A stretch of DNA of 64,000 nucleotides, from positions 659,913-723,912 of the forward strand of contig JBAZKQ010000001.1 in assembly GCA_041650715.1 (NCBI GenBank), given 5' to 3'. Below the pieces are notes generated by a model. That model was not told the DNA's origin, searched no databases, and worked only from the letters and a program-made list of their open reading frames with translations. The position numbers were made by a program, and so were the translations under genes. The stretch is from Patescibacteria group bacterium. Its GTDB lineage: Bacteria > Patescibacteriota > Patescibacteriia > Patescibacteriales > UBA12465. Shown in pieces: positions 27,984 through 36,205 of the stretch (position 1 is its first letter; each line of letters starts with the position of its first letter).

Positions 27984-27986
27984 TTA

Positions 27987-28161
27987 TGCGGAGAAGGAGG
28001 GATTTCCGCCTTCGCTTTTCTACCGAAAAGCTCAGTTGTCCAGACCGGCCGCTAAGCGCTACGCACGCTCGCGCTTATCGTCGCTCGTCCAATAGTCGTC
28101 GCTCAAACGCTCCTCCTATTGTCTCGCTCGCCGCTTGTTCGAATCCCCGTTCATTTCCGCA
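27987..28161. other. GC-rich module B with imperfect terminal inverted repeats derived from the tRNA-Ser 3' end
   Basis: The left end tgcggagaaggagggatt is identical to 28198-28215. The right end gttcgaatccccgttcatttccgca (28137-28161) is an inverted, diverged copy of the same sequence. Confidence 0.5.
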
Positions 28162-28162
28162 T

Positions 28163-28196
28163 ATAAAAATACAACCCATTTGGGTTGTATTTTTAT
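28163..28196. terminator. Terminator hairpin downstream of tRNA-Ser
   Basis: ataaaaatacaaccca / tgggttgtatttttat. A near-copy lies at 24357-24388. Confidence 0.7.
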
Positions 28197-28199
28197 ATG

Positions 28200-28290
28200 C
28201 GGAGAAGGAGGGATTCGAACCCTCGATAGGAGAATAAACTCCTATAACAGGTTAGCAACCTGCCGCTTTCAGCCGCTCAGCCACCTCTCC
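28200..28290 (-). tRNA. tRNA-Ser(GCU), class II with long variable arm
   Basis: Hand fold: acceptor GGAGAGG/CTTCTCC, D arm GCT..AGC, anticodon stem GCAGG/CCTGT with loop TTGCTAA, variable arm ATAGGAG/CTCCTAT, T arm GAGGG-TTCGAAT-CCCTC, discriminator G. CCA is not encoded. Confidence 0.9.
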
Positions 28291-28401
28291 ATTTTAATCT
28301 TTGATTGTAAAACACCCGCCGCTTTTGCTCACTGCGTGAGCAACCGCTACGCGGGTCGACCGCCTCTTGTCCGCGCTTTGCGCGGCCACAGCCACCTCTC
28401 C
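28291..28401. other. GC-rich module C ending in a 13-nt copy of the tRNA-Ser 5' end
   Basis: cagccacctctcc occurs at 28389-28401 and at 28278-28290. Contains hairpins gctcac-tgc-gtgagc and ccgcgc-ttt-gcgcgg. Confidence 0.5.
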
Positions 28402-28474
28402 AGGGTATCCACCATTTTTCTTTTTTATGGTATAATTACTATATAAAATTAAGCATTGCTTGTCAAACTAATAT

Positions 28475-28993
28475 ATGTCTCAAACAGACCAAAAATACTT
28501 GCAATGGCAAGTGCCGGAATATCGTATTCCGCAAAGAAGTCGCAATTGGTATCTAATTGCCTCAGCCTTTTTAGTCATCTGCATTTTCTTCTCTTTTTTT
28601 ACGATTACCCGCTGGCACTTAGCCTTTCTCGGTTATAATTCTAACTTCCTTTTCGTTCTCATCATTATTATTGCCGGCGCTATCATGTACACGAATGAAA
28701 GGCACGAACCCCTCATGGTTAATTTTGAGATTGGCCCGGAAGGCGTCAGAATCGGTTCCCACTTTTATGACTATGACGATCTGAAAAATTTCTGCGTCCT
28801 CTATAAACCGAAGCAAAGTATTAAAAACCTTTATTTTGAATTTAAAACTACGAGCCGTCCCCGTCTTTCTATCCCCCTGCGCCGCATGGACGCGCTCACC
28901 GTGCGCAATTTTTTGGTCCGTTATTTGGACGAAGATCTCGACCGTTCCAATCCGCCCCTATCCGAACAGTTGACTAAACTCCTGAAATTATAA
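28475..28993 (+). CDS. Hypothetical membrane protein (two TM helices)
   Basis: Intact 172-aa ORF with a hydrophobic pair at residues ~25-75. No family recognised. Confidence 0.55.
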   Translation: MSQTDQKYLQWQVPEYRIPQRSRNWYLIASAFLVICIFFSFFTITRWHLAFLGYNSNFLFVLIIIIAGAIMYTNERHEPLMVNFEIGPEGVRIGSHFYDYDDLKNFCVLYKPKQSIKNLYFEFKTTSRPRLSIPLRRMDALTVRNFLVRYLDEDLDRSNPPLSEQLTKLLKL

Positions 28994-29011
28994 TACACTA
29001 AGTAGCAGTTG

Positions 29012-29083
29012 GCACCCATCGTTCAACGGATAGGACGTAAGCTTGCGGAGTTTAAAATCCAGGTTCGATTCCTGGTGGGTGCA
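29012..29083 (+). tRNA. tRNA-Arg(GCG)
   Basis: Hand fold: acceptor GCACCCA/TGGGTGC, D stem GTTC/GGAC with loop AACGGATA (A20), anticodon stem TAAGC/GTTTA with loop TTGCGGA, T arm CCAGG-TTCGATT-CCTGG, discriminator A. Confidence 0.8.
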
Positions 29084-29100
29084 CATATTTTATCATTAAA

Positions 29101-29131
29101 AAACCGGGGCCGATTTGGCTCCGGTTTTTTG
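29101..29131 (+). terminator. Intrinsic terminator after tRNA-Arg
   Basis: aaccggggcc-gattt-ggctccggtttttt. Confidence 0.7.
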
Positions 29132-29174
29132 TGCTTCATTTGCGGCTTAGCCCCGGATTTGTTAGACTTTTAAT

Positions 29175-31244
29175 ATGATTAGCCTTGATTCTAAAATCGA
29201 AGAACTCCACCGCGTCGGTGCAGCCACCGCTAAAATTCTGGCCCGGCTTGGGCTTAGAAGTGCCCAAGACCTGCTTTTTTATTTCCCTTTTCGTTATGAC
29301 GATTTCACAAAAAGCTTAGCCATCAGCGACTTGAGCGCCGGCCTGAATGCCAATATTATCGGCACCGTCGAGCTTATCCAGAACCGACGCAGCCATAAGC
29401 GAAAAATGTTTTTAACGGAAGCCTTGATTAGTGATGCCGGCGATACGATAAAAATACTCTGGTTCAACCAACCCTTTTTAACTCGCACCCTTAAAATCGG
29501 CGATCGGATTTCAGTGGCAGGGCGCGTCAGTGATTACCATGGCCAGCTGGCCTTTGTCTCCCCGCTTTACGAAAAAATTTATTCGGACGATTTAATTCAT
29601 ACTAAGGGCCTGATTCCTAATTATCATTTAACGTCTTCTTTGAGTCAGAAACAAATCCGCTCTTTAATCAAACAGGTTATTGATTTAGCGAGGTCCGTGC
29701 CCGACTGGCTGCCGACGGACATAAAAAAACGCTTGGGCCTGCTCGACTTAAGCGCCGCGATTCATCAAATCCATTTTCCCCAAAAACTCGACGACGCTTT
29801 TGCGGCCCAAAAAAGATTGGGCTTCACGGAACTATTTCTGCGGCAACTCAAAGCGCAGATGATTAAGCAAGAACTAAAAAGCCGCCGGGCGCCCGCTCTT
29901 AAATTCCAGGAAAAAGCGACCCAAGATTTTGTCGCTTCTCTACCCTTTAAATTAACCAATGCCCAGAAAAAAGCCGCTTGGGAAATCCTTCAGGATATGG
30001 CGGGAGGCGCGCCGATGAGCCGTCTGCTTGAAGGCGACGTCGGCAGCGGCAAAACTTTAGTTGCGGTAATGGCGATGCTAAATTGTGTCCTAAATAAAAA
30101 GCAGGCGGCCTTAATGGTGCCGACAGAAATTCTTGCCGAGCAGCATTATAATTCTCTCCGGCGTCTGCTCTCGGCTTATAATTTTAAAATCGAATTATTA
30201 ACTCATAGCCATAAAAGTTCCGAAGCGTTGAACGCCGATATTATTATCGGTACCCAGGCCTTAATCCAAGATACGGTTAAATTTCCCCGCTTGGCGCTGG
30301 TCATTGTCGATGAACAGCACCGTTTTGGCGTTAAACAAAGGCAAAAACTGCTTGATTTCCTGCCCGCCGAGACGACTAAAGAATCCAATACTAACCGGGA
30401 AAATATATTAACACCCCACTTTTTATCCATGACCGCCACGCCAATTCCCCGTTCCTTGGCCTTGGCAATTTATGGTGATTTGGATTTATCAATAATTAAT
30501 CAATTGCCCGCCAACCGAAAAAAAATTATCACTTCGCTCGTTACCGAAGCGAAACGCGCAGCCGCCTATGATTTTATCCGCAAGCAGATTAAAGCTGGCC
30601 ACCAAGCTTTCGTTGTTTGTCCACTAATTGATGAATCAGATAAATTAGGAGTCAAATCGGTAAAAACTGAGCACGCCAAACTTGATAAAGAAATTTTTCC
30701 GGAGCTTAAAGTTGGCTTGCTGCACGGCAAATTAAAGAGCAAGGAAAAAGAAGCAATCATGGCCGACTTTGTCGCCGGCAAAATTCAGATTCTTGTTTCG
30801 ACTTCTGTCATTGAGGTTGGCGTGGATGTGCCGAACGCGACGCTCATGATAATTGAGGGGGCAGAACGTTTCGGTCTCGCAACTTTGCACCAATTCCGCG
30901 GTCGGGTTGGGCGAAGCGATCTGCAATCATATTGTCTGCTCTTCCCGACAAATGAAGAATTAAGCAATCCGAAAACTATTGAACGCTTAGAAGCCATGAC
31001 TAAATACAATGACGGTTTTTCGCTCGCCAAAATAGATTTAAAATTGCGCGGCGCCGGAGAATTATATGGTATCGGCCAGAGCGGTTTTCCGGAGCTACAA
31101 ATCGCTACGCTATTCGACTATGAAAATATAAAAAAGGCCCAGGCCGAAGCCAGCGCACTCATAATAAATGATCCGGAATTAAAAAAATATCCGCTTTTAA
31201 AAGCCAAGCTCGGTGAATGGGAAGAAAGTATACATTTGGAATAA
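29175..31244 (+). CDS. recG: ATP-dependent DNA helicase RecG
   Basis: Wedge domain followed by helicase motifs GDVGSGKT, DEQHRFGV and QFRGRVGR. Confidence 0.95.
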   Translation: MISLDSKIEELHRVGAATAKILARLGLRSAQDLLFYFPFRYDDFTKSLAISDLSAGLNANIIGTVELIQNRRSHKRKMFLTEALISDAGDTIKILWFNQPFLTRTLKIGDRISVAGRVSDYHGQLAFVSPLYEKIYSDDLIHTKGLIPNYHLTSSLSQKQIRSLIKQVIDLARSVPDWLPTDIKKRLGLLDLSAAIHQIHFPQKLDDAFAAQKRLGFTELFLRQLKAQMIKQELKSRRAPALKFQEKATQDFVASLPFKLTNAQKKAAWEILQDMAGGAPMSRLLEGDVGSGKTLVAVMAMLNCVLNKKQAALMVPTEILAEQHYNSLRRLLSAYNFKIELLTHSHKSSEALNADIIIGTQALIQDTVKFPRLALVIVDEQHRFGVKQRQKLLDFLPAETTKESNTNRENILTPHFLSMTATPIPRSLALAIYGDLDLSIINQLPANRKKIITSLVTEAKRAAAYDFIRKQIKAGHQAFVVCPLIDESDKLGVKSVKTEHAKLDKEIFPELKVGLLHGKLKSKEKEAIMADFVAGKIQILVSTSVIEVGVDVPNATLMIIEGAERFGLATLHQFRGRVGRSDLQSYCLLFPTNEELSNPKTIERLEAMTKYNDGFSLAKIDLKLRGAGELYGIGQSGFPELQIATLFDYENIKKAQAEASALIINDPELKKYPLLKAKLGEWEESIHLE

Positions 31245-31247
31245 ATA

Positions 31248-31286
31248 AAAAAACCTCATGATCATGATAGATAATGAGGTTTTTAT
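31248..31286. terminator. Bidirectional terminator
   Basis: aaaaaacctcat...atgaggttttt, between convergent genes. Confidence 0.65.
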
Positions 31287-31309
31287 TGACATAGTTATGC
31301 CAATAAATT

Positions 31310-31663
31310 TTATTCGTAGCCTAGAAAATCACTGGCTAATTTCTGCATGTTTTTTTTTACATCTTTAATGTTCTTATAGAGCCAGATTAAAGATAGAAGT
31401 AGCGATAATGCAAGAAATATTCCAACGGGCGTGAGCCAGAGATTGGATAGCCAATGAGAAGCGGTTTCGATGTCAGACCCGGTAACCGGGATTGTAGATA
31501 CTACCACCTTACTTTCGGTTGCTTCCCTGACAGCCTTGATCACGAAATCAATAAGTGCGGCAATCACTGATAAAGCCGTGAAACACAGAATAATTACTGA
31601 GTAAATTTTAATGAACTTTTTCATTGCTCGTTTTTTTGGGTTTATGTTTTGGTTTTTTCTCAT
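31310..31663 (-). CDS. Hypothetical membrane protein
   Basis: 117-aa ORF with two TM segments. Preceded by TTGACA-17-TATTAT on the minus strand (31707-31679). Confidence 0.5.
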   Translation of the reverse strand: MRKNQNINPKKRAMKKFIKIYSVIILCFTALSVIAALIDFVIKAVREATESKVVVSTIPVTGSDIETASHWLSNLWLTPVGIFLALSLLLSLIWLYKNIKDVKKNMQKLASDFLGYE

Positions 31664-31841
31664 TTTCTACTTAGTCTAATAATAGCACATAATAAATATC
31701 TTGTCAAGATATATTAAAAATGCCATAAATTGCGAGCATAATTGTCCACCGGCCCTCTTGACAACTTAGCGCTCAAATAGTAGGATTAATTTATGTTCAT
31801 TTAAATTATTTTCACTATTATAAACAAAAAAAACGCTAACC

Positions 31842-32156
31842 ATGCAAAGCTTCATGTACTCAAGTAAAAATGGGTCAGAAATTACCATTGACCCAAATGA
31901 TGTAACTATTAACGCCGCCGGCACAAATATGGCCGTGGCCACTTATCCTCAAGAAAATATAAACAAAGGCGACAAAAGGCCAGTTTATGTAAATTTCCGA
32001 GAATTAAATCTCGGGCCTGAAAATCAAAAAAAGATAAACGAGATTTTTAAAGAAAAGCAAACCGACCTGTTAAAAACGAAAAAAGCTAAAGAAAAAAAAC
32101 TCCGAAGAGATCGGGTAAAAAGATTGGCACTAAGCTTCGCCATGGGCGCTAACTAA
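31842..32156 (+). CDS. Hypothetical protein (Lys-rich C-terminus)
   Basis: 104-aa ORF preceded by TTGACA (31758-31763), 17 nt, then TAGGAT, and followed by a terminator. Confidence 0.45.
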   Translation: MQSFMYSSKNGSEITIDPNDVTINAAGTNMAVATYPQENINKGDKRPVYVNFRELNLGPENQKKINEIFKEKQTDLLKTKKAKEKKLRRDRVKRLALSFAMGAN

Positions 32157-32185
32157 GCGCCAAAAATATTAGCAACGGCTAACAC

Positions 32186-32214
32186 AAAACGGATCCCAAA
32201 GATCCGTTTTTTAT
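32186..32214 (+). terminator. Intrinsic terminator
   Basis: aaacggatc-ccaaa-gatccgtttttt. Confidence 0.7.
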
Positions 32215-32235
32215 TTGAAAATTTTTTCCTTGCGG

Positions 32236-33582
32236 CTATTTAATAATCTCCACCAGTTCACTTAAATCCTTAATCTTAATCAATTTAATTTTTCCGGTCT
32301 TTACTTCAACGTTCGGAATAATCGCTTTTAAGTAGCCAAGACGCTCCGCTTCTTTTAATCGTTCTTCTAAACGAAAAACATTGCGTACTTCCCCGCCCAA
32401 ACCGACTTCACCGAGCACAATCGTCTCGTGATCGAAATTTTTATTGGCACTCGAAGAAATTATCGCTGCGCAAGCCGCTAAATCAAGCGCGGGGTCAGAA
32501 ATTTTTAATCCCCCCACGACGTTTAAAATTATATCGGCACTAATTAAATTTACTTTAGTTCGTTTGGAAATAACCGCGCTTAAAACCTGCAAGCGGCTAA
32601 TATCAAATCCGCTGGCTTTACGCTGCGGATAGCCGAAAACCGTTTTCGTCACGAGCGCCTGCAAATCGATTAAAAAGGGGCGCGTCCCTTCAATCACGCA
32701 GCCAATAACGGAGCCCGAAATATTACCCAGGCCACCTTCCACAAAAACCAAACTCGGATTTTTCACTTCTTTAAAACCGACACCGGTCATTTCTAAAACG
32801 CCGAGTTCATTAACGGAGCCGAAGCGATTTTTCGTCGCGCGCAATAAGCAATAATTATTATTCGTCTCGCTCTCAAGAGACAAAACCGCGTCAACGATAT
32901 GTTCTAAAGATTTCGGACCGGCCACTTGGCCGTCTTTCGTAATATGGCCGATTAAAAAAACTGCGACATTTTTCGTTTTTGCCAGTTCTAAAAATTTGAC
33001 TGCGGCCGCCCGAATTTGAGAAATATTTCCGGCCTCAGTCGGAATCAAAGACGAATAGACGGTTTGAATAGAATCAATAATTAATATATCCGGTTTAACC
33101 TGCGCGGCTGTCGACACTATTTTCTCAATATTTGTTTCTGAAATAAATTTTATATTTTTTAAATCACATTCCAAACGGCTCAAGCGGGCTTTAACCTGCG
33201 CGGCTGATTCTTCGCCGCTCACATAAATAGTTTCATAGTTTTTGCCGATGGCGTTCGCCATTTGCGCGACCAGCGTTGATTTGCCAATGCCCGGTTCACC
33301 GCTTAAAAGTACGAGGGACCCCGGAACCAAACCGCCGCCTAAAACCCGGTCAATTTCACCAATTCCGGTCTTTAAACGTTCTAAAGATGTCGCCTTAATC
33401 GCGCTTAAATCAATGATTTCAGCCCCACCGAGCTTCTTGGCCATTTCCTTACGCGCGTCCTGGCTATCAGTCACCTGCTCGTGCAGGGTGCCCCAGGAGC
33501 CACACTCCAAACAACGCCCACTCCATTTTGGAGATTGGGCGTCGCAATTGCTGCAAACAAAAATTGTTTTAATAGTCGCCAT
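32236..33582 (-). CDS. radA: DNA repair protein RadA/Sms
   Basis: N-terminal zinc finger CSNCDAQSPKWSGRCLECGSW, Walker A GEPGIGKST, a KNRFG motif and a Lon-like C-terminal domain. Confidence 0.95.
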   Translation of the reverse strand: MATIKTIFVCSNCDAQSPKWSGRCLECGSWGTLHEQVTDSQDARKEMAKKLGGAEIIDLSAIKATSLERLKTGIGEIDRVLGGGLVPGSLVLLSGEPGIGKSTLVAQMANAIGKNYETIYVSGEESAAQVKARLSRLECDLKNIKFISETNIEKIVSTAAQVKPDILIIDSIQTVYSSLIPTEAGNISQIRAAAVKFLELAKTKNVAVFLIGHITKDGQVAGPKSLEHIVDAVLSLESETNNNYCLLRATKNRFGSVNELGVLEMTGVGFKEVKNPSLVFVEGGLGNISGSVIGCVIEGTRPFLIDLQALVTKTVFGYPQRKASGFDISRLQVLSAVISKRTKVNLISADIILNVVGGLKISDPALDLAACAAIISSSANKNFDHETIVLGEVGLGGEVRNVFRLEERLKEAERLGYLKAIIPNVEVKTGKIKLIKIKDLSELVEIIK

Positions 33583-33610
33583 ATTTAGAAGTGCTTACAT
33601 TTAGGTAGTT

Positions 33611-34234
33611 TTACTTTTCCCAATAGGCCTTATCGAAGAGCCACTCACCGTTAACTTTTACTAAACTTAAATCAAGATTTTGGTTATAAGGGGCACCGCC
33701 GTTAATTGCATCCGTGCTATTGCGGCGCTGCGTACCGATAATAATATCCGCCTGGCCCGCCTTATCATCAAATTTTTTTACTTCATAGGTAAGGGCAGTC
33801 GTTATTACGCCGGAGTAGCCCGGATTATTTTGGGCTTGGCTTTTTAGGTCAGCGACATAGCTCGCCGCCCAAGCGTTCATGTTATCCGTCATGAGAATTT
33901 GCAAATCGGTAAAATTACTAAAATTTGAATGGTTGGAATAGGAACCGAAGCGCTCGGCAAATGACATCGAGATTTTACCAAGGTCATCGCCGCTAATCTG
34001 GTGCGGCGCTTCTTTAGAGATATCATATTGAATATTATTGCGCGGCTTGTCGCTGGGCGTAGTCGTGCCGATTTGCGGAATCTCCGGTAGCGCTCCCGTC
34101 ACCTCGCCGGTCGGCGTTTCCGTTGGCGCTGGCGTGGGGCTCTTACGTAAAAAACCAAAATAAATAATTAAAATTATAATTATCAGCGCAATGATAATAA
34201 TGAATATTCCCATTTTTTTACGATCCGTTTGCAT
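33611..34234 (-). CDS. Membrane-anchored protein, last gene of the T4SS-like operon (VirB8-like architecture, speculative)
   Basis: N-terminal TM (GIFIIIIALIIIILIIYFGFL), a Pro/Thr linker and a ~140-aa alpha/beta domain ending in beta-strands (LDLSLVKVNGEWLFD). Only the architecture supports the call. Confidence 0.3.
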   Translation of the reverse strand: MQTDRKKMGIFIIIIALIIIILIIYFGFLRKSPTPAPTETPTGEVTGALPEIPQIGTTTPSDKPRNNIQYDISKEAPHQISGDDLGKISMSFAERFGSYSNHSNFSNFTDLQILMTDNMNAWAASYVADLKSQAQNNPGYSGVITTALTYEVKKFDDKAGQADIIIGTQRRNSTDAINGGAPYNQNLDLSLVKVNGEWLFDKAYWEK

Positions 34235-34297
34235 ATATTTAAAATTATTTCCTTATTATATCTTGACTACCCTTTCTTCCTCGCGCTTTCTCCGAAT

Positions 34298-36196
34298 TTA
34301 AACTTGCTCCTGGATTCTTAAGCTTTCTTCAAAATCTTTTTTGGCTTCCTCAATCTCAAGCAGCTGGCGCGGATCGGAAGTAATCAATTGATCTTCAGTA
34401 TAAGAAGCCACCACTTTCATGGCCACGTGCTTATTGCCGGCGAAGAAAATACCTTCCCCGATACCGCATTCAAGCAATAAATATTTTTCTCCCTCGGTAA
34501 GCATAAAAGTCTTTTGTACCAAATCAATCGAGGCTGGCGACTGCTTTAAAAGAATTTGCAAAGAAGAATTAGTCACGATCGCCTGACCGTAGGGCGAAGT
34601 TAAAAAGTCATTAACGTCCTGGGTAATAGTCGTGACGCCCAGATAATATTTACGACAGCGTTTAACGAGCGCAAAAATAAATTTCGCACTGTCTTCATGC
34701 TGCATCATCCACCAAGCTTCATCAATCACTAAAATCCGCTTTTTCATTTCGCTGCGGACCACATTCCAAATATAATTAATGACGGTATAAATAGCAATCG
34801 GCCGGAGTTCATCTTCAAGATCGCGCACCGAAAAACAAATTAGCTGATTATTCATCTCGACATTTGTCGGATTATTAAGCAGACCGGCAAAAGTTCCCTG
34901 AGTGAATTTACGTAATCTTAGCGATAAATCAGAACCGCCCTCCATGCCGTCAAGCACCTGCTCGAGGTCGGACATAATCGGCGGATCGATCGTGCTTAAA
35001 TCCGAATCAGGGGTAATATCTTTTTTGGCGTAGGTTTCGAGCAAAGCGCGATCGACAATCGAATCCTCATCGTAATTTAAATTACCAAGCATGAGGCGCA
35101 CCAAACCCTTCAAGGTAATAACGGCACTCCGAATAATATCTTTCGGCTTGGCTTCTCCGCCCACTGATTTCGGCAGATCAAAAGGATTAATTTTATTTTC
35201 TGAGGACAAAGAAATATTAATATAGGTTCCGCCGACCGCTTCCGATAAATGCTTATACTCATATTCCGGATCAATGACAATTACATCGGTACCGAGCATG
35301 AGCGAGCGTAAAATTTCTAATTTAATCGCATAACTTTTGCCGGCGCCGGAGGTCGCGAACACGACCGAGTTGGCGTTCTGCAAAGTAAAACGATCAAATA
35401 AAATCAAACTGTTATTATGGCGATTAATACCGTATAGAATTCCCTGATCGCTTGTCAGTTCGCTTGAAATAAACGGGAAAGAGGAAGCAATCGGCGACGA
35501 ATTCATGTTGAAGGTGATAAATAATTCATCATTACCGAGCGGTAGAGTCGAATTGAAGCCTTGCTCCGATTGATAATAAACGCGGCGGGAATAAACTAAG
35601 CGCGAGCCGAAAATATCTTCGACTTGATCGGAAACGCGGTCTAAATCCTCCGTGTTGTTGGCATATAAAGTAACATATAGAGCGAACTGAAAAAACTTTT
35701 CCGTACCCTGGGTAAGCGCGTCGCGTAAATATTCAATATCGCGCAGGGCGGTTTCTCGGAGCGGATCGCGCGCCGCACCCTTCTCCGCGTCGGCGATAAT
35801 CTGCGCCTCGAGCGACCCAACTTTATTCTTTAATTGTTTTAAAACTATGGAACTTTTCACCGGATAAAAAAACATGGAAACGTCAAAGGTAAAATTAAGA
35901 TTGATTATCGGTGCAAACCAGCCGACCGAAATATAACGCGGATAGCTTATCACGAAAATCGTCCGGAGGAACTGATCGCCCAGGCGCAAAAAATTAGCAT
36001 CAATTTTTAGGCTGGCCGGCGCAATAATATCGCGCACCGAAAGCACGCCGCGCCGAAACGCTTTCTCCTCTTCAACCACTTCACGCGTCAATTCCGGGTT
36101 ATCTTCAAGCACGGGACCGTTTTTTCGCGCCCCGAAAGAAATCTTTGACTGCAAAGATATTTTATTCGGATTTTCCTGTTTATTAAAATTTGGCAT
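34298..36196 (-). CDS. virB4: VirB4/TrbE/CagE-family type IV secretion ATPase
   Basis: Walker A FATSGAGKSYAIK, Walker B VIDEAWWMM and a C-terminal TQDVNDF motif. The N-terminal domain pattern YPRYISVGWFAPII is typical of Gram-positive-type VirB4 proteins. Confidence 0.85.
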   Translation of the reverse strand: MPNFNKQENPNKISLQSKISFGARKNGPVLEDNPELTREVVEEEKAFRRGVLSVRDIIAPASLKIDANFLRLGDQFLRTIFVISYPRYISVGWFAPIINLNFTFDVSMFFYPVKSSIVLKQLKNKVGSLEAQIIADAEKGAARDPLRETALRDIEYLRDALTQGTEKFFQFALYVTLYANNTEDLDRVSDQVEDIFGSRLVYSRRVYYQSEQGFNSTLPLGNDELFITFNMNSSPIASSFPFISSELTSDQGILYGINRHNNSLILFDRFTLQNANSVVFATSGAGKSYAIKLEILRSLMLGTDVIVIDPEYEYKHLSEAVGGTYINISLSSENKINPFDLPKSVGGEAKPKDIIRSAVITLKGLVRLMLGNLNYDEDSIVDRALLETYAKKDITPDSDLSTIDPPIMSDLEQVLDGMEGGSDLSLRLRKFTQGTFAGLLNNPTNVEMNNQLICFSVRDLEDELRPIAIYTVINYIWNVVRSEMKKRILVIDEAWWMMQHEDSAKFIFALVKRCRKYYLGVTTITQDVNDFLTSPYGQAIVTNSSLQILLKQSPASIDLVQKTFMLTEGEKYLLLECGIGEGIFFAGNKHVAMKVVASYTEDQLITSDPRQLLEIEEAKKDFEESLRIQEQV

Positions 36197-36205
36197 AACA
36201 ATAAT

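Noticed and set aside
27787-28401. Tested whether the GC-rich modules are tmRNA, SRP/4.5S RNA, 6S RNA, or tRNAs with introns.
   Set aside because: I found no tmRNA 5' GGGG..GGAUUCGAC or local T-arm/acceptor pairing, and no SRP GGAAGCAGC-type motif. The module B interior is not self-complementary as a 6S rod would be. No fold gave a D arm plus anticodon arm. The modules are reported only as unexplained structured repeats.
27745-28446. N-terminal extension of 27190..27909, and track ORFs 27880..28095, 27986..28237 and 28135..28446.
   Set aside because: They run through tRNA-Ser and the GC-rich hairpin modules. The translations are Arg/Ser/Leu-rich with no motifs, and the kinase has a normal start with its Walker A motif right after Met56.
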